The position numbers and the translations under genes are program-made. From Dehalococcoidia bacterium (GTDB lineage: Bacteria; Chloroflexota; Dehalococcoidia; SM23-28-2; RBG-16-64-32): a DNA stretch of 64,000 nt. The stretch covers positions 448,001-512,000 of the forward strand of contig CAXXTF010000002.1 of the NCBI GenBank assembly GCA_963665775.2. The letters are read 5' to 3'. A model generated the notes under the pieces. The model was not told the origin of the DNA. It searched no databases and saw nothing but the letters and a program-made list of their open reading frames with translations. Below are positions 30,973 to 41,262 of this stretch, piece by piece; the stretch's first letter is position 1; the number at the start of each line of letters is the position of its first letter.

Positions 30973-32427
30973 ATGTGGCCCGAGGTGATGCACATGTGGC
31001 GAGGCCTAGTCTTACTGTCGATCTTGGTTGTCGCGGCCTGCACGAACGGCGCTCGGGAAGTGTCGCGGTCAGGCGAGCCCAACGAGAGCGATACGCCGCC
31101 GCCAGCTGCTTCTATCGATTTGGAAACCGTCGATCTCGTCGAGCTGATCACCTGGGACCAGCTCGACTTCTTCGGTATGGAGCAAGTGAAAACCGGGCCG
31201 ACCGCGCGAATACTGGAGGCTATTGCGGCCTCGGGCGATGACCGGTTCATCGCCGTGTTGCTAGATCTGGCTTTCCAACCTACGCCTTACCAAGAGCTCG
31301 CGTACGAGCTTCTCCCAGAGGTGTTCGGACCTCATCAGGGAAGATGGGTGGTCGACTGGATTGATCAGAGGGGCTTCAAGGAGCCAGCGGATGACCTCCC
31401 CTCATACTTGGAGTTCAAGCAGCACCTGTTGGCAACGATCGTTCCCGGATTCGCCGACTTTCTCGATCCCTCGCAGCCTCGGACGATTTCGGCACAAGAG
31501 GTCGTATGGGGTGGCGTCAATATCGATGGCATCCCACCTCTGGAGCACCCAGAGTTCATTGCGCCCGAGGAGGCGACTTGGATCAACGATGATGACCTCG
31601 TCATTGGCGTTGAGATCGGCGGCGATGCACGCGCCTATCCGCGCCGAATCATCGACTGGCACGAGATGGTGAACGACACCGTTGGCGGCATACCGGTTTC
31701 GCTGGCCTACTGCACCTTGTGCGGGAGCGCCATCCTCTACGACGGTAGGGTCGGCGACGAAGTGTACGAGTTCGGAACCAGCGGTCTGCTCTATCGATCA
31801 AACAAGCTGATGTATGACCGAACGACACGAACGTTGTGGGAGCAGTACACAGGCGAACCCGTTTGGGGTCCGTTGGTTGGCTCCGGCATCAGGCTAGACA
31901 TCTTGCCGGTTGTGGTCACAACCTGGCAAGCGTGGTACGCCGACCACCCCGATACGACGGTGCTTAGCATCGATACCGGTTTCGTCCGCAACTACGGCCC
32001 CGGTGTCGCCTATAGGGATTATTTTGCGAGCGATGAGCTGATCTTCCCCGCTCCATCTGGCGAGGGGCCACTGGAACTAAAGGCCTCAGTCTATGCCGTC
32101 CGTGTAGACGATGAGCTCACCGCATACCCCATCGCCCTTCTACAGGAACGCGGACTCCTGCACGATACGATCGGCTCTCTGGAGGTCGTGGTTTTAGCCA
32201 CGACGGATGGGAATGGCGGCCGGGCGTACGAAAGCGGCGGCTGGACATTCAGTGTCGTCGACTTGGAGGCCGGCACTCTCCAGAGCGAGGATGGCACACG
32301 ATGGCAGGTAACGGAGAGCAGTTTGATCGCCGATGATGGGAGGACGATGGCGCGGCTCCCAGGACACAACAGCTTCTGGTTCGCCGTTACCAACCATACA
32401 TCTGACAGCCGCCTATATACCGAATAA
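30973..32427 (+). CDS. DUF3179-family lipoprotein with N-terminal extension
   Basis: Lipobox VAAC; WGGVNIDGIPPL, WHEMVND, YCTLCGS and GTSGLLYRSNKLMYD motifs. Confidence 0.85.
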   Translation: MWPEVMHMWRGLVLLSILVVAACTNGAREVSRSGEPNESDTPPPAASIDLETVDLVELITWDQLDFFGMEQVKTGPTARILEAIAASGDDRFIAVLLDLAFQPTPYQELAYELLPEVFGPHQGRWVVDWIDQRGFKEPADDLPSYLEFKQHLLATIVPGFADFLDPSQPRTISAQEVVWGGVNIDGIPPLEHPEFIAPEEATWINDDDLVIGVEIGGDARAYPRRIIDWHEMVNDTVGGIPVSLAYCTLCGSAILYDGRVGDEVYEFGTSGLLYRSNKLMYDRTTRTLWEQYTGEPVWGPLVGSGIRLDILPVVVTTWQAWYADHPDTTVLSIDTGFVRNYGPGVAYRDYFASDELIFPAPSGEGPLELKASVYAVRVDDELTAYPIALLQERGLLHDTIGSLEVVVLATTDGNGGRAYESGGWTFSVVDLEAGTLQSEDGTRWQVTESSLIADDGRTMARLPGHNSFWFAVTNHTSDSRLYTE

Positions 32428-32665
32428 GCGCGTATCTCCTTTTACAACACCTCGTCGGCAGGAAGCCGGATGGCGTAGCCCACAGTTCGCTCTTCCAGGT
32501 AATCGTAGACTCCCGGCCTTAGCGCCATCGTTTGCTATGTCTGCATCGTGACGCACCCTGACAGCAGTGCGGAATCAGGATTAACAACCCAACCAAAGAA
32601 GACTAGGATTCCGCTATGTCGCCCCTGGCTAGATAAGGGACCCGCTGAGCGTCGCCAAGCACGAG

Positions 32666-33205
32666 TTGGGCCAGGTCATGGATCATAATTCTGACCCCAA
32701 TAGCGACTTCCCTGCCGATAGCTTCTTCGACGTCTTATTTGTCATCGACATCGACGCGTTTGGGGGAACGTTCGAGCACGTCACCCAGGAGCCCCTCAGC
32801 TTCCACGGCGAGATCAGCGGGATTCCACCTTTCGGTGCGGTACATTCTCCCTGGGACGGCGGCGAATATCAGGTGGCGGGCACGGGCACTGGGTCAGCTA
32901 GCGCCGCTTTGCAGGACGAGGACTCAACCTGCGATCCCGGAGATCCAATCGCGATCCCCATCCTGGATGTCAGAGACCTTAGCGTTGTCGGCTATATCTG
33001 CGATGCGACACTCGTGATGCCGTCGGTGAACTCCATCAGTGTCCTCAAAGAAGCGGAAGGTGGCCAGCCGCTGTCCGGCTGGAAGATATCCCTCTTCGCA
33101 GGCGCGGGCTGCGATGCCGTTGGCCGCTGTCTTTGGGATAGCGCTCGTCGGTCTAGGTGGAGTTAGGGGTGGGAGCAGGTGGTTGCGGAGAGGTTTAGCA
33201 CCCAG
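32666..33205 (+). pseudogene. Fragment of a secreted/surface protein with an out-of-frame C-terminal TM plus basic tail
   Basis: FPADSFFDV-containing extracellular-type segment with no signal peptide. PLAAVFGIALVGLGG..RWLRR lies in another frame. Confidence 0.45.
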
Positions 33206-33305
33206 AGTAATCCGTAACCGATCGTCGAGGCTCTGGTCGCTGAACGAACCGTCCACCAACTGCGGAATCAAGTTCCGTGATTGGAGAAGATCGGCGATTG
33301 ATATC

Positions 33306-34298
33306 TCACATGGGTTGCCCCTGAGCCTCTGCCGATGCATAGGCTCTGAGGACGAAGGCGAGATCGCCAGTGGCCTCCGCCGATGCGGTTTGAACTGGCA
33401 GTCCGCACGAGATCAAGTCCAGGAATGCATCGAGCATAGTCCCGAAGCCGCTCTCGTCGCCTTCCAGGCTTATCGTGCGTTCACCTCGAATGGATCGAAC
33501 GGTTAATTCACGTTCGTAGAAGTTGAAGTAAGTAGGCCCCTTTGTACCGATTGCCAGAAACGACTGGTGCCCCGGATCTCCCTGAACCGCCCAGGAATAG
33601 GTCAGTGTCCCGATAGTGCCGTTGGCGAACGACGCCCATAGGGAGATCGCCTCCTCCCCTTCCATCTCAGGGAATATTTTGGGCGCCATTACAGCGGATA
33701 TCCGCAGCGGGTCGCCACAGAGCATACGCATCACGCTGACCTCGTGAATTCCTCCGTCGATTAGGGCTCCCCCACCCATCATGTTTCGGCTAAGCCGCCA
33801 GCCCCTGGATCTCTGATATTTGGTGGCCTGGAGGTGCACGGATTGCAGTGACCCGATCGTCCCTTGAGATATGAGGTCTACGCATGCCCTCACGGCTGGC
33901 ATGTACCGAAAGTTCTCCGCCACCATCAAGTGGATGCCAGCCTTGAGGGCGGTGTCTGTCATCGCGTCCGCGTCTTCGATCGTGGTAGCGATGGGTTTCT
34001 CCATGAGGACATGCTTCTTGTGCGTGGCAGCAAGTTCCAGGTTCGGTCGATGGAGAGAATGGGGGGTGCAGAACAAAATAGCATCCACTCGGGGGTCCTT
34101 TGCGGCCGCCTCGTAGCTGCCGAATGCCCCCTCAGCACCGTATCGGTTAGCGTAACGTACAGCCTTGGCTTGGCTTCTGCTGGCAAAATAAAGTCTGATG
34201 CGCGCATCTCGCCTACGGGCCACCTCAGCGTGAGCCTTGGCAATACTGCCACAGCCAGCGATGCACAGACCAATTCTTGACTCAGCCGCGACCATCAA
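33306..34298 (-). CDS. Gfo/Idh/MocA-family oxidoreductase
   Basis: GCGSIA, HVLMEKPIA and GGGALIDGGIH motifs. Confidence 0.92.
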   Translation of the reverse strand: MMVAAESRIGLCIAGCGSIAKAHAEVARRRDARIRLYFASRSQAKAVRYANRYGAEGAFGSYEAAAKDPRVDAILFCTPHSLHRPNLELAATHKKHVLMEKPIATTIEDADAMTDTALKAGIHLMVAENFRYMPAVRACVDLISQGTIGSLQSVHLQATKYQRSRGWRLSRNMMGGGALIDGGIHEVSVMRMLCGDPLRISAVMAPKIFPEMEGEEAISLWASFANGTIGTLTYSWAVQGDPGHQSFLAIGTKGPTYFNFYERELTVRSIRGERTISLEGDESGFGTMLDAFLDLISCGLPVQTASAEATGDLAFVLRAYASAEAQGQPM

Positions 34299-34571
34299 GA
34301 GCGTTCGCCTTTGCCACCGGCAGCAACCGTCATAGCTTTCTCAAGAATTCCTCTATAGTCGATTTCGCAGCCGAATCGTCTTCGAGACGGACCGCGACGA
34401 AAATACTGCCTCATCGTCTCACGACTAGACCTTAGAGGTTGTTGAGGCAGGTGAACCTGTCGCCGTCGTTGTCGTCGCTGTTCGTCCCATCTGGTCAGAT
34501 GGTGTTTCGCCATGGACGCCGGCCAGGTTGGCGCCGCTCAGGTTGGCGTCGGTCAGGAATGCATCGCTTCT

Positions 34572-34646
34572 TGGTGCCGGGGGGCAGAATTGAACTGCCG
34601 ACACCGCGGTTTTCAGCCGCGTGCTCTACCACTGAGCTACCCCGGC
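34572..34646 (-). tRNA. tRNA-Phe (GAA)
   Basis: Cloverleaf GCCGGGGTAGCTCAGTGGTAGAGCA-CGCGG-CTGAAAA-CCGCG..GTTCAATTC..CCCGGCACCA. Confidence 0.96.
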
Positions 34647-34689
34647 ACCATCAGCCATTCTAGGTATCGCCCCATCGGGCAGTCAAGGA

Positions 34690-35577
34690 CTAGGCGGCGA
34701 TGCTGCGCTCCCGCAGGATGCGCTCGGTTACAGCGCCGATATCGGCGGGAGAGTTTACGATTTGGGCACCAGCATCCGCCAGGGCGTCCTTCTTCGCCTG
34801 GGCGGTGCCGGCCGCGCCAGCGATGATGGCGCCGGCGTGACCCATGCGGCGGCCCGCAGGCGCAGTAGCGCCGGCGATGAAGGCGATGACGGGCTTGGTC
34901 ATCTCAGTGCGCATGTAGTCGGCGGCCTGCTGTTCCGCCATGCCGCCGATCTCCCCGATGAAGACTACTGCCGCGGTATCGGGGTCCTCGTTGAACAGGC
35001 GGAGAATCTCGACGGGAGAGGTGCCGACGACCGGATCGCCGCCAGCGCCCACGCAGGTGCTCTGGCCGATGCCCCGCACGGTGAGCTGGGCGACGGCCTC
35101 GTACACCAGGGTGCCGGAGCGAGAGACGACGCCGACCTTCCCGGGCGAGAAGACATCGCCCGGCATGATGCCGACGCGGGCCTGGCTTGGGGTGATGACG
35201 CCGGGACAGTTGGGCCCTATGAGGGTGATGTCTGAGCCCTGGAGGAAGCGCCGGATCCGAATCATGTCCAGGGTGGGGACACCCTCGGTGATGCAGATGA
35301 TGACGGGAATCTCGGCATGGGCGGCCTCCAGGATGGCGTCGGCAGCGCCAGGCGCGGGGACGAAGATGAGGGAGCAGTTGGCGTCGGTCCGGCCGGCCGC
35401 CTCGGCCACGGTGTTGAAGACGGGGACGCCCACGGCGGTCTCGCCGCCACGACCGGGGGTGACGCCGGCGACGACGCTGGTGCCGTATTCGATGCAGCGT
35501 TGGGTCTGGAAGGAGCCCTCGCGACCGGTGACCCCCTGCACCAGGAGGCGAGTGTGCGAACCGACGAGGATGCTCAT
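34690..35577 (-). CDS. sucD: Succinyl-CoA synthetase alpha subunit
   Basis: VQGVTG, IGPNCPG, SRSGTL and RMGHAGA motifs. Confidence 0.97.
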   Translation of the reverse strand: MSILVGSHTRLLVQGVTGREGSFQTQRCIEYGTSVVAGVTPGRGGETAVGVPVFNTVAEAAGRTDANCSLIFVPAPGAADAILEAAHAEIPVIICITEGVPTLDMIRIRRFLQGSDITLIGPNCPGVITPSQARVGIMPGDVFSPGKVGVVSRSGTLVYEAVAQLTVRGIGQSTCVGAGGDPVVGTSPVEILRLFNEDPDTAAVVFIGEIGGMAEQQAADYMRTEMTKPVIAFIAGATAPAGRRMGHAGAIIAGAAGTAQAKKDALADAGAQIVNSPADIGAVTERILRERSIAA

Positions 35578-35620
35578 AGCGCTTTGGACCTCCGAAGCTG
35601 GCTTATGCGAGGAGTCGGGA

Positions 35621-36223
35621 CTAACCGCGGCCTATCATACGACGCCGCAGCAAGGTAGCGGAAGCGGCGAGCAGGACAGCGGCGCCAAGGCCGGACGCGA
35701 GGCCGATGACCAGCCACGGGGTGTCCGCGCCCGACTGGGATGGCCCGCCCTCGGGCGGAACGCCGGGCCCGGTGATCGCTTGCACCTCGTCAAGGCGCTC
35801 CTGGCCGTGCTCCGGGGTCGATCCGTCGAGCGAAACGTTGTCGGAGCAGATGGTGCTCTCGAAGGGGCTATCGCTGCCCGTGAGGAAGAGGAGGTACGTA
35901 TCGCCCAGGTCACCCTCGTCCAGGAAGCCGCAACTGGCGCCGGAGGGCGGATCGTCCACCACGATCTCGGCCGGGCCCGTGCCCTTCAAGTAGCTCGTGA
36001 CTGACACGCGGGCGTCGAGATCGTTGGGGCCGTCCCCTGTATCTTCGTCATCGATGAGCTGAATGACGGTGCCGATGGCGATGACGTCGGCGCCGTCAAC
36101 GTACCCCTGCGTGGTCAACGGAGCGCAAGAGCAGGCGTGGGCAGAGGGGACGCTCGCCGATAGGAACGCGGCGACCGCCACGAGAGTAGCGAGTGATGCC
36201 AGCAGGCGCGTCATGTATATCAC
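35621..36223 (-). CDS. Exported, C-terminally anchored TIMP/NTR-like protein
   Basis: Signal peptide ending AHA, mature N-terminus [16 protein letters not shown], and a C-terminal TM followed by RRR. Confidence 0.65.
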   Translation of the reverse strand: MIYMTRLLASLATLVAVAAFLSASVPSAHACSCAPLTTQGYVDGADVIAIGTVIQLIDDEDTGDGPNDLDARVSVTSYLKGTGPAEIVVDDPPSGASCGFLDEGDLGDTYLLFLTGSDSPFESTICSDNVSLDGSTPEHGQERLDEVQAITGPGVPPEGGPSQSGADTPWLVIGLASGLGAAVLLAASATLLRRRMIGRG

Positions 36224-36233
36224 CGTCCTAGGT

Positions 36234-36263
36234 TAAGACGGGTGAGCGGTGGAAAAAGTTCCC
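36234..36263 (-). promoter_or_regulatory. ECF-sigma-type promoter
   Basis: GGAAC-17 bp-CGTCTTA directly upstream of the TIMP-like gene. Confidence 0.65.
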
Positions 36264-36264
36264 T

Positions 36265-36323
36265 CTAACCGCGGCCTACGATACGACGCCGCAGGAGGGT
36301 AGCGGAAGCGGCGAGAAGGGCGG
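36265..36323 (-). repeat. Second copy of the 3' end of the TIMP-like gene
   Basis: Near-identical to 35621-35680. Encodes [18 protein letters not shown] versus [18 protein letters not shown]. Confidence 0.85.
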
Positions 36324-37517
36324 TCAGCGGCCCGGCTCGCTGACGAGACGCTGAAACTCCGGCCCCAGCGCGGGGTCTGACCGGAGGTTCTCAAAGTCCT
36401 CTTCATCTCGGGCCATCTGCCGGCATTCTGGCTCCCGCGAGATTGCGTCCCTCAGCTGCTCTAGGGACTCCTCAAGCCGACCCATGAGAGATAGTGTGCG
36501 AGCCCGCTTATACACCTGCCTTGGGTCGTCAGGGAGGAGTTCCACGGCGCGGTTGTGGTCGGCCAGTGCTTCCCCGTAGCGCTTCAGGCGAGCGAGCGTG
36601 GTGCCGCGGTTACCGAGGGTAGTAGCATGATCGGGGCGGAGTTCGAGGGAGCGGTTGAATTCGGCCAGGGCCTCGTCGTAGCGCTGCCGGGAGTTGAGGG
36701 TGACGCCGCGGTTGTTGATGATGGTGGGGTCATCGGGCCAGAGTTCGAGGGCGCGGTTGTAGTCGGCCAGGGCCTCGTCGTAGCGCTGCAGGTGGCGCAG
36801 GGTGGCGCCGCGGTTGTTGAGGGTGCGGGGGTCGTCGGGGCTGAGTTCGAGGGCGCGGTTGTGGTCGGCCAGCGCCTCCTCGTAGCGCCTCAATTGTTGC
36901 AGGCTGTTACCGCGGTTGTTGAGGACGGTGGGGTCATCGGACCTGAGTTCGAGGGCGCGGTTGTGGTCGGCCAGGGCCTCATCGTGGCGCTTCAGGTCGT
37001 CCAGGGTGACGCCGCGGTTGTTGAGGGTGTAGGGGTGGTCGGGACGGAGTTCGAGGGAGCGGTTGTACTCCTGCAGCGCCTTCTCGTAGTCACCTACTGT
37101 GTAGAACGTGTTCCCCTGCAGAAAGTGGGCCTCGGCGGTCTCCGGGGGATCCAATCGGGCTACCACAGAGGCGGCGGCTCCCAGTACTTCGCGCTCAGCC
37201 TGTGGGAGACTCGCCTCCCCGGCAGTGATAGCTCCTTTCGGGGTCATCCTCTGAACAAGGGACTTGGATAAGAGTAGCTCACGGCGGGCACGATGGAATG
37301 AGCGGAGTTCATCCCGTACACGCTTGATCTCGGCCCCGATGCGCGCTTTCTCTTCATCGGACTCAGCGTCGTTCAGCTCATCCTGGAGCACTGAGAGCTC
37401 GTCACGGTAAGTCTTCTCGATCTCGGTGCGGTCCTCCTGGCCCCATCGCCTCCAGGCGGTGAGTATTGAGCCTGCCCCCTTGGCGGCGTCCTTAACGAAT
37501 GCCCAAACGTCCACCAC
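36324..37517 (-). CDS. Tetratricopeptide-repeat protein
   Basis: About 7 near-identical 34-aa repeats (NNRG..L.RYDEALADHNRALEL.PD) after a coiled-coil-like N-terminus. Confidence 0.92.
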   Translation of the reverse strand: MVDVWAFVKDAAKGAGSILTAWRRWGQEDRTEIEKTYRDELSVLQDELNDAESDEEKARIGAEIKRVRDELRSFHRARRELLLSKSLVQRMTPKGAITAGEASLPQAEREVLGAAASVVARLDPPETAEAHFLQGNTFYTVGDYEKALQEYNRSLELRPDHPYTLNNRGVTLDDLKRHDEALADHNRALELRSDDPTVLNNRGNSLQQLRRYEEALADHNRALELSPDDPRTLNNRGATLRHLQRYDEALADYNRALELWPDDPTIINNRGVTLNSRQRYDEALAEFNRSLELRPDHATTLGNRGTTLARLKRYGEALADHNRAVELLPDDPRQVYKRARTLSLMGRLEESLEQLRDAISREPECRQMARDEEDFENLRSDPALGPEFQRLVSEPGR

Positions 37518-37523
37518 GTAATC

Positions 37524-38696
37524 TTACTTCCCTTCGCCTCGTGCCGCCTCCACGGCCTTCTGCGCGGCCTCTCCCAGGTCGGCGGCGCGGATGAGAGGCA
37601 GATCGGACGCGCCCAGGATCTGTTCGCCCTCCTCCAGGTTGGTGCCGGCCAGACGGACGACCACGGGGATGCGGATGGCCATCTGCTGGTAAGCGTCGAC
37701 GATGCCCTGGGCGATGATGTCGACGCGGGCCATGCCGCCGAAGATGTTGATCAGGATGGCGCGCACGTCCGGGTCTTCGGTGAGAATACGGAAGGAGTTG
37801 ACCACGCGGGAGACGTCGTTGACGGTGCCGATGTCCAGGAAGTTGGCGGGCTCGCCGCCGGCCAGCTTGATGGCGTCCATGGTGGACATGGCCAGTCCGG
37901 CGCCGTTAACGACGCAGCCGATGTCGCCGGTGAGCTTGACATAATTACTGACTCCGAGCGCCTGGGCCTGGGCCTCAAGCGGGTCCTCTTCGTCGGGGTC
38001 GCGCAGGGCGGCGACCTGTTCGTGCCGATAGAGGCTGTTGTCGTCGATGCTGAGCTTGGCATCCGCGGCCAGGAGCCGGCCGTCGGCGGTGACGACCAGC
38101 GGGTTGATCTCGGCCAGGGAGCAGTCGTTGTCCGTGAAGGCCCGGTAGAGGCCGGCGATGAGGGCGGCGGCCGGGCGCATGAGATCACCGCCAAGGCCGA
38201 TGGCCAGGGCTAGCTGGCGGCCCTGAAAGGGCTGGAAGCCGATCGTGGGGTCGACGGCGCTGCGGTGGATACGTTCGGGCGTGCTGCTCGCGACCTCCTC
38301 GATGTCGACGCCGCCGGCCTCGGAGGCGATGACGACAGGGAGGCCGATGGCGTTGTCGATGACGATACCCAGGTAGAGCTCGCGCTCCACCTGAAGCTGC
38401 TCCTCCACCAGGACGCTCTTGACGAGACGGCCCTCCGGCCCGGTTTGGTGGGTGACGAGCTGCATGCCGATGATCTGACGGGCGGCCTCGCGGGCGCCGT
38501 CGGCGTCGGCCGCCAGCTTGATGCCGCCGCCCTTGCCGCGGCCGCCGGCGTGGATTTGGGCCTTCACAGCCACCGGCGTTGCCAGCTCGCCGGCGATGGT
38601 GGCGGCCTCGGCGGGGTCGGTAGTGACGCGGCCACGAGGGACAGGGACACCGTAACGGGCGAGGAGCTCTTTGGCCTGGTATTCGTGAATTTTCAT
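37524..38696 (-). CDS. sucC: Succinyl-CoA synthetase beta subunit
   Basis: [30 protein letters not shown] and ANFLD motifs. Confidence 0.97.
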   Translation of the reverse strand: MKIHEYQAKELLARYGVPVPRGRVTTDPAEAATIAGELATPVAVKAQIHAGGRGKGGGIKLAADADGAREAARQIIGMQLVTHQTGPEGRLVKSVLVEEQLQVERELYLGIVIDNAIGLPVVIASEAGGVDIEEVASSTPERIHRSAVDPTIGFQPFQGRQLALAIGLGGDLMRPAAALIAGLYRAFTDNDCSLAEINPLVVTADGRLLAADAKLSIDDNSLYRHEQVAALRDPDEEDPLEAQAQALGVSNYVKLTGDIGCVVNGAGLAMSTMDAIKLAGGEPANFLDIGTVNDVSRVVNSFRILTEDPDVRAILINIFGGMARVDIIAQGIVDAYQQMAIRIPVVVRLAGTNLEEGEQILGASDLPLIRAADLGEAAQKAVEAARGEGK

Positions 38697-38729
38697 GGCT
38701 ATGTGACGACCTCCGCTATGTCATTCGTG

Positions 38730-39227
38730 TCATTGGATGGTGTAGAACTCGGTCTGGGAGGGCTCCTGGCTGCTGCATAGGATGATAACGGGCTTTCCTT
38801 GGATGATGGCGATCATGCAGGTGATGTCTTGGCCGGTGAGGGGTGGGATGGGTGCGTAGGTTCCGCGGCCGGGGCAGCGGGCTAAGGCGGTTCTGGGGTC
38901 GAACTGGCAGTCCTCCCAGTTGACGGTCTGGCCCTCGTACTGAGTGAGATCGGCGGGGGCCACGGCTGAGATAGGGCTGGAGGCGGGGGTAAGGGACCCG
39001 GAGGTAGGCGAGGCTGTAGGCGTAGGGCTCACCGTGCCGGACGGCGTCGTCTGAGGGGAGACCGTCGGAGATGGCGTTGCCGTCGTGGGGGTCTCGCTGG
39101 GCTGCACGGTGGGGCTTTCCTCGCCGGTTGGGCTGACGCTCGCTGCCGGGCCTCCGCTGCCGTTGCAGGCTAGAGTGAGGAGGGCCAGGGAGAGCAGGGA
39201 AACGACGGCAAGGAGATGTCTGGACAT
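38730..39227 (-). CDS. Hypothetical lipoprotein with Ser/Thr/Pro linker and 4-Cys C-terminal domain
   Basis: MSRHLLAVVSLLSLALLTLAC lipobox followed by an S/T/P-rich linker. Confidence 0.7.
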   Translation of the reverse strand: MSRHLLAVVSLLSLALLTLACNGSGGPAASVSPTGEESPTVQPSETPTTATPSPTVSPQTTPSGTVSPTPTASPTSGSLTPASSPISAVAPADLTQYEGQTVNWEDCQFDPRTALARCPGRGTYAPIPPLTGQDITCMIAIIQGKPVIILCSSQEPSQTEFYTIQ

Positions 39228-39285
39228 GAGACCGCGATCAGTGTAGCTGCGAGTGGTAAATCTGTCTAGGCTGGTAGCGGCGAGC

Positions 39286-39377
39286 TGGCAAAGGGGGTGG
39301 GATTCGCCCAGACGGGCGGGCGTCTGCCCGAATCCACGAGGGCCGCCGGGACCATAGCGGCTTTCTAGTTCGCTGCG
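39286..39377 (-). pseudogene. Degenerate 3' part of a tRNA-Ser-like gene with a palindromic insert in the T-loop (att-like relic)
   Basis: Minus strand reads AGCGAA-CTAGAAA-GCCGCT, a long variable arm, then CGTGGATT[insert]CGAATCCCACCCCCTTTGCCA. Confidence 0.5.
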
Positions 39378-39732
39378 CCCGGTCCGCCACTGTCTGTCAA
39401 AGCTCCTCACCGTATCTGAGGGCGACCCTTCGGGTCCGTCTCGATACACCCGAGGTTGCTGTCCACCTTGCTGTCAGGGCACTTTCCCTCACTGGGTCCG
39501 AAGTGTCCTCAGTTGCGCTCATGACCTGAGAGGGGTAGGAGGGCTTGCTACGAGATTGCCCAAAATTTTCGGGTATATGCTGGCGGGCGCTATCTTGCAC
39601 ACTGCGGCGGGTGTGTGCAGATTCAGGCTGCGCGCCGTTGATTTTGTGGAGGACACCCGCTACGGTTAAATCATCGCCCCTAACGAATGCGCGACGCAGC
39701 TGTCTGAGCACAGCAACGGAAAGGAGTTCAGT

Positions 39733-40368
39733 ATGGCGAGCCAACACGGAGATGAGACTAACAACCACCACGTCGTGGGAATCTCCGGTAGTCTCCGAAA
39801 GGCCTCCGCCAACAGTGGTCTCTTACGAGCCGCAGAACAAGTTGTTCCTCAGGGCATGGATATAGCCGTCTTTTATCCTCGCGACATTCCGTTTTACAAC
39901 GGGGATGTAGAGGCTAAAGGAGATCCCGGTCCTGTCATTGCCCTCAAGGAAGCCATCCGCGCCGCTGACGCGGTTCTATTCGCCACGCCCGAGTACAACT
40001 ATGGCACTTCAGGTGTGTTGAAGAACGTCGTTGACTGGGCCTCCCGTGACGGAACGGAAGGATCGCTGATGGGCAAGCCCGTTACTATCATAGGAGCCGG
40101 CGGTAGGGCCGGCACGGCTCGGGCTCAAATGCAGCTTCGGGAGACGCTCGCCGAGACTGGTGCGGTGGTCATGGTTAAGCCCGGGGTGCTGGTCACGGCG
40201 TATAGGCCTGCGAAGTTCGATTCAGAGGGTAATCTGATAGACGAGGAAACGAGGCAGATGCTTCAGCGCCATTTGGAAGAGTTCGCCAAATGGATAGATC
40301 GCTTGCGTGTTCGTCCGGAGCTCGTCCGGTTCTTCTGCGAAATGGACGTTCAGCCCACCCAGGCCTAG
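39733..40368 (+). CDS. NAD(P)H-dependent FMN reductase (ChrR/SsuE-like)
   Basis: GISGSLRKASAN and ATPEYNYGTSGVLKNVVDWASR motifs. Confidence 0.92.
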   Translation: MASQHGDETNNHHVVGISGSLRKASANSGLLRAAEQVVPQGMDIAVFYPRDIPFYNGDVEAKGDPGPVIALKEAIRAADAVLFATPEYNYGTSGVLKNVVDWASRDGTEGSLMGKPVTIIGAGGRAGTARAQMQLRETLAETGAVVMVKPGVLVTAYRPAKFDSEGNLIDEETRQMLQRHLEEFAKWIDRLRVRPELVRFFCEMDVQPTQA

Positions 40369-40413
40369 TGCAGGCGCTTGGCGCCTGCCTTTCCTGCCAG
40401 CGGACTGGTGTGC

Positions 40414-40938
40414 TCAGGGAGTTAGCAACTCGCCTAAGAAAGTCTGGTGATACTGCTTCGCTAGTTCGCGGATCGCATCGAAGTCGCCCGTCTCACTCAT
40501 TATCTTCGCGAATCTCTTGAAGTATTCCTCAATCTGTAAGCCGGGATACAAGATAAACTGCACCCGGCCAATTGAAGAGCCAACGACCAGGAAACCGTGA
40601 GGTGTCCCCGGAGGCACCACGGCGATGGCGTTTGCTTCGGCCTCGAACGTCTCCTCGCCGATACGAACCTTGTGGGACCCTTCAAGGAATCGGAACATCT
40701 CCCACTGCTTATCGTGGATATGGGTGGGTGGGCCTAGCCCTGGCTCATTGACCTCCTCGAAGACAGCAAACTGACCGTCCGAGTCTTGGGACCGAATCTT
40801 GATCACTATCTCTGTGCCGGGTACTCCGATTCTTTCGCCTTCCGCCTCAGGCACGATGATGGCTCTTGTCACAGCCGGATCCCTTCTAGTAATCCGTGTA
40901 CTGGAGCGATTATCATTATCGTCTCGTTGGTGAAACAA
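40414..40938 (-). CDS. Cupin-domain protein
   Basis: GPPTHIHDKQWE and VPPGTPHGF motifs. Start is uncertain. Confidence 0.85.
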   Translation of the reverse strand: MFHQRDDNDNRSSTRITRRDPAVTRAIIVPEAEGERIGVPGTEIVIKIRSQDSDGQFAVFEEVNEPGLGPPTHIHDKQWEMFRFLEGSHKVRIGEETFEAEANAIAVVPPGTPHGFLVVGSSIGRVQFILYPGLQIEEYFKRFAKIMSETGDFDAIRELAKQYHQTFLGELLTP

Positions 40939-41088
40939 TCAAGGACTGTGGCCGTATACGGATCAAGCGCATCTAACCCACCAGGGCTGCATCTATTGCG
41001 GTAACCCTCGCTAGACAGGCCACGCTTCGCGGTCTGGTGACCACCTGAACGGAGAGAGCTGGGGATTCTACGGGGCGGAGCCCCCTGA

Positions 41089-41165
41089 TGGTCGGGGCGG
41101 CCGGATTCGAACCGGCGACCTCCTGAACCCCATTCAGGTGCGCTACCGGACTACGCTACGCCCCG
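41089..41165 (-). tRNA. tRNA-Pro (GGG)
   Basis: CGGGGCGTAGCGTAGTCCGGTAGCGCA-CCTGA-ATGGGGT-TCAGG..GGTTCGAATCC..CCCCGACCA. Confidence 0.95.
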
Positions 41166-41262
41166 ACCACGCCATGCTAACATGACCACCCTACCCTAGC
41201 AAGGCAACCGCCAACCCTTTCAACCGGTGGGTCAGTTCAGGACGGACGAACAGAGTCAGGGG

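Noticed and set aside
36510-37130. 102-bp periodic DNA repeats as a possible CRISPR array or DGR
   Set aside because: They are in-frame TPR coding repeats. No spacers, cas genes or reverse transcriptase are present.
39380-39545. SAM- or glycine-riboswitch-like words on the minus strand (GGTCATGAG, CAGCAACC, CTCTCAGG)
   Set aside because: The elements are in the wrong order and the pairing partners are missing. An att-scar reading fits better.
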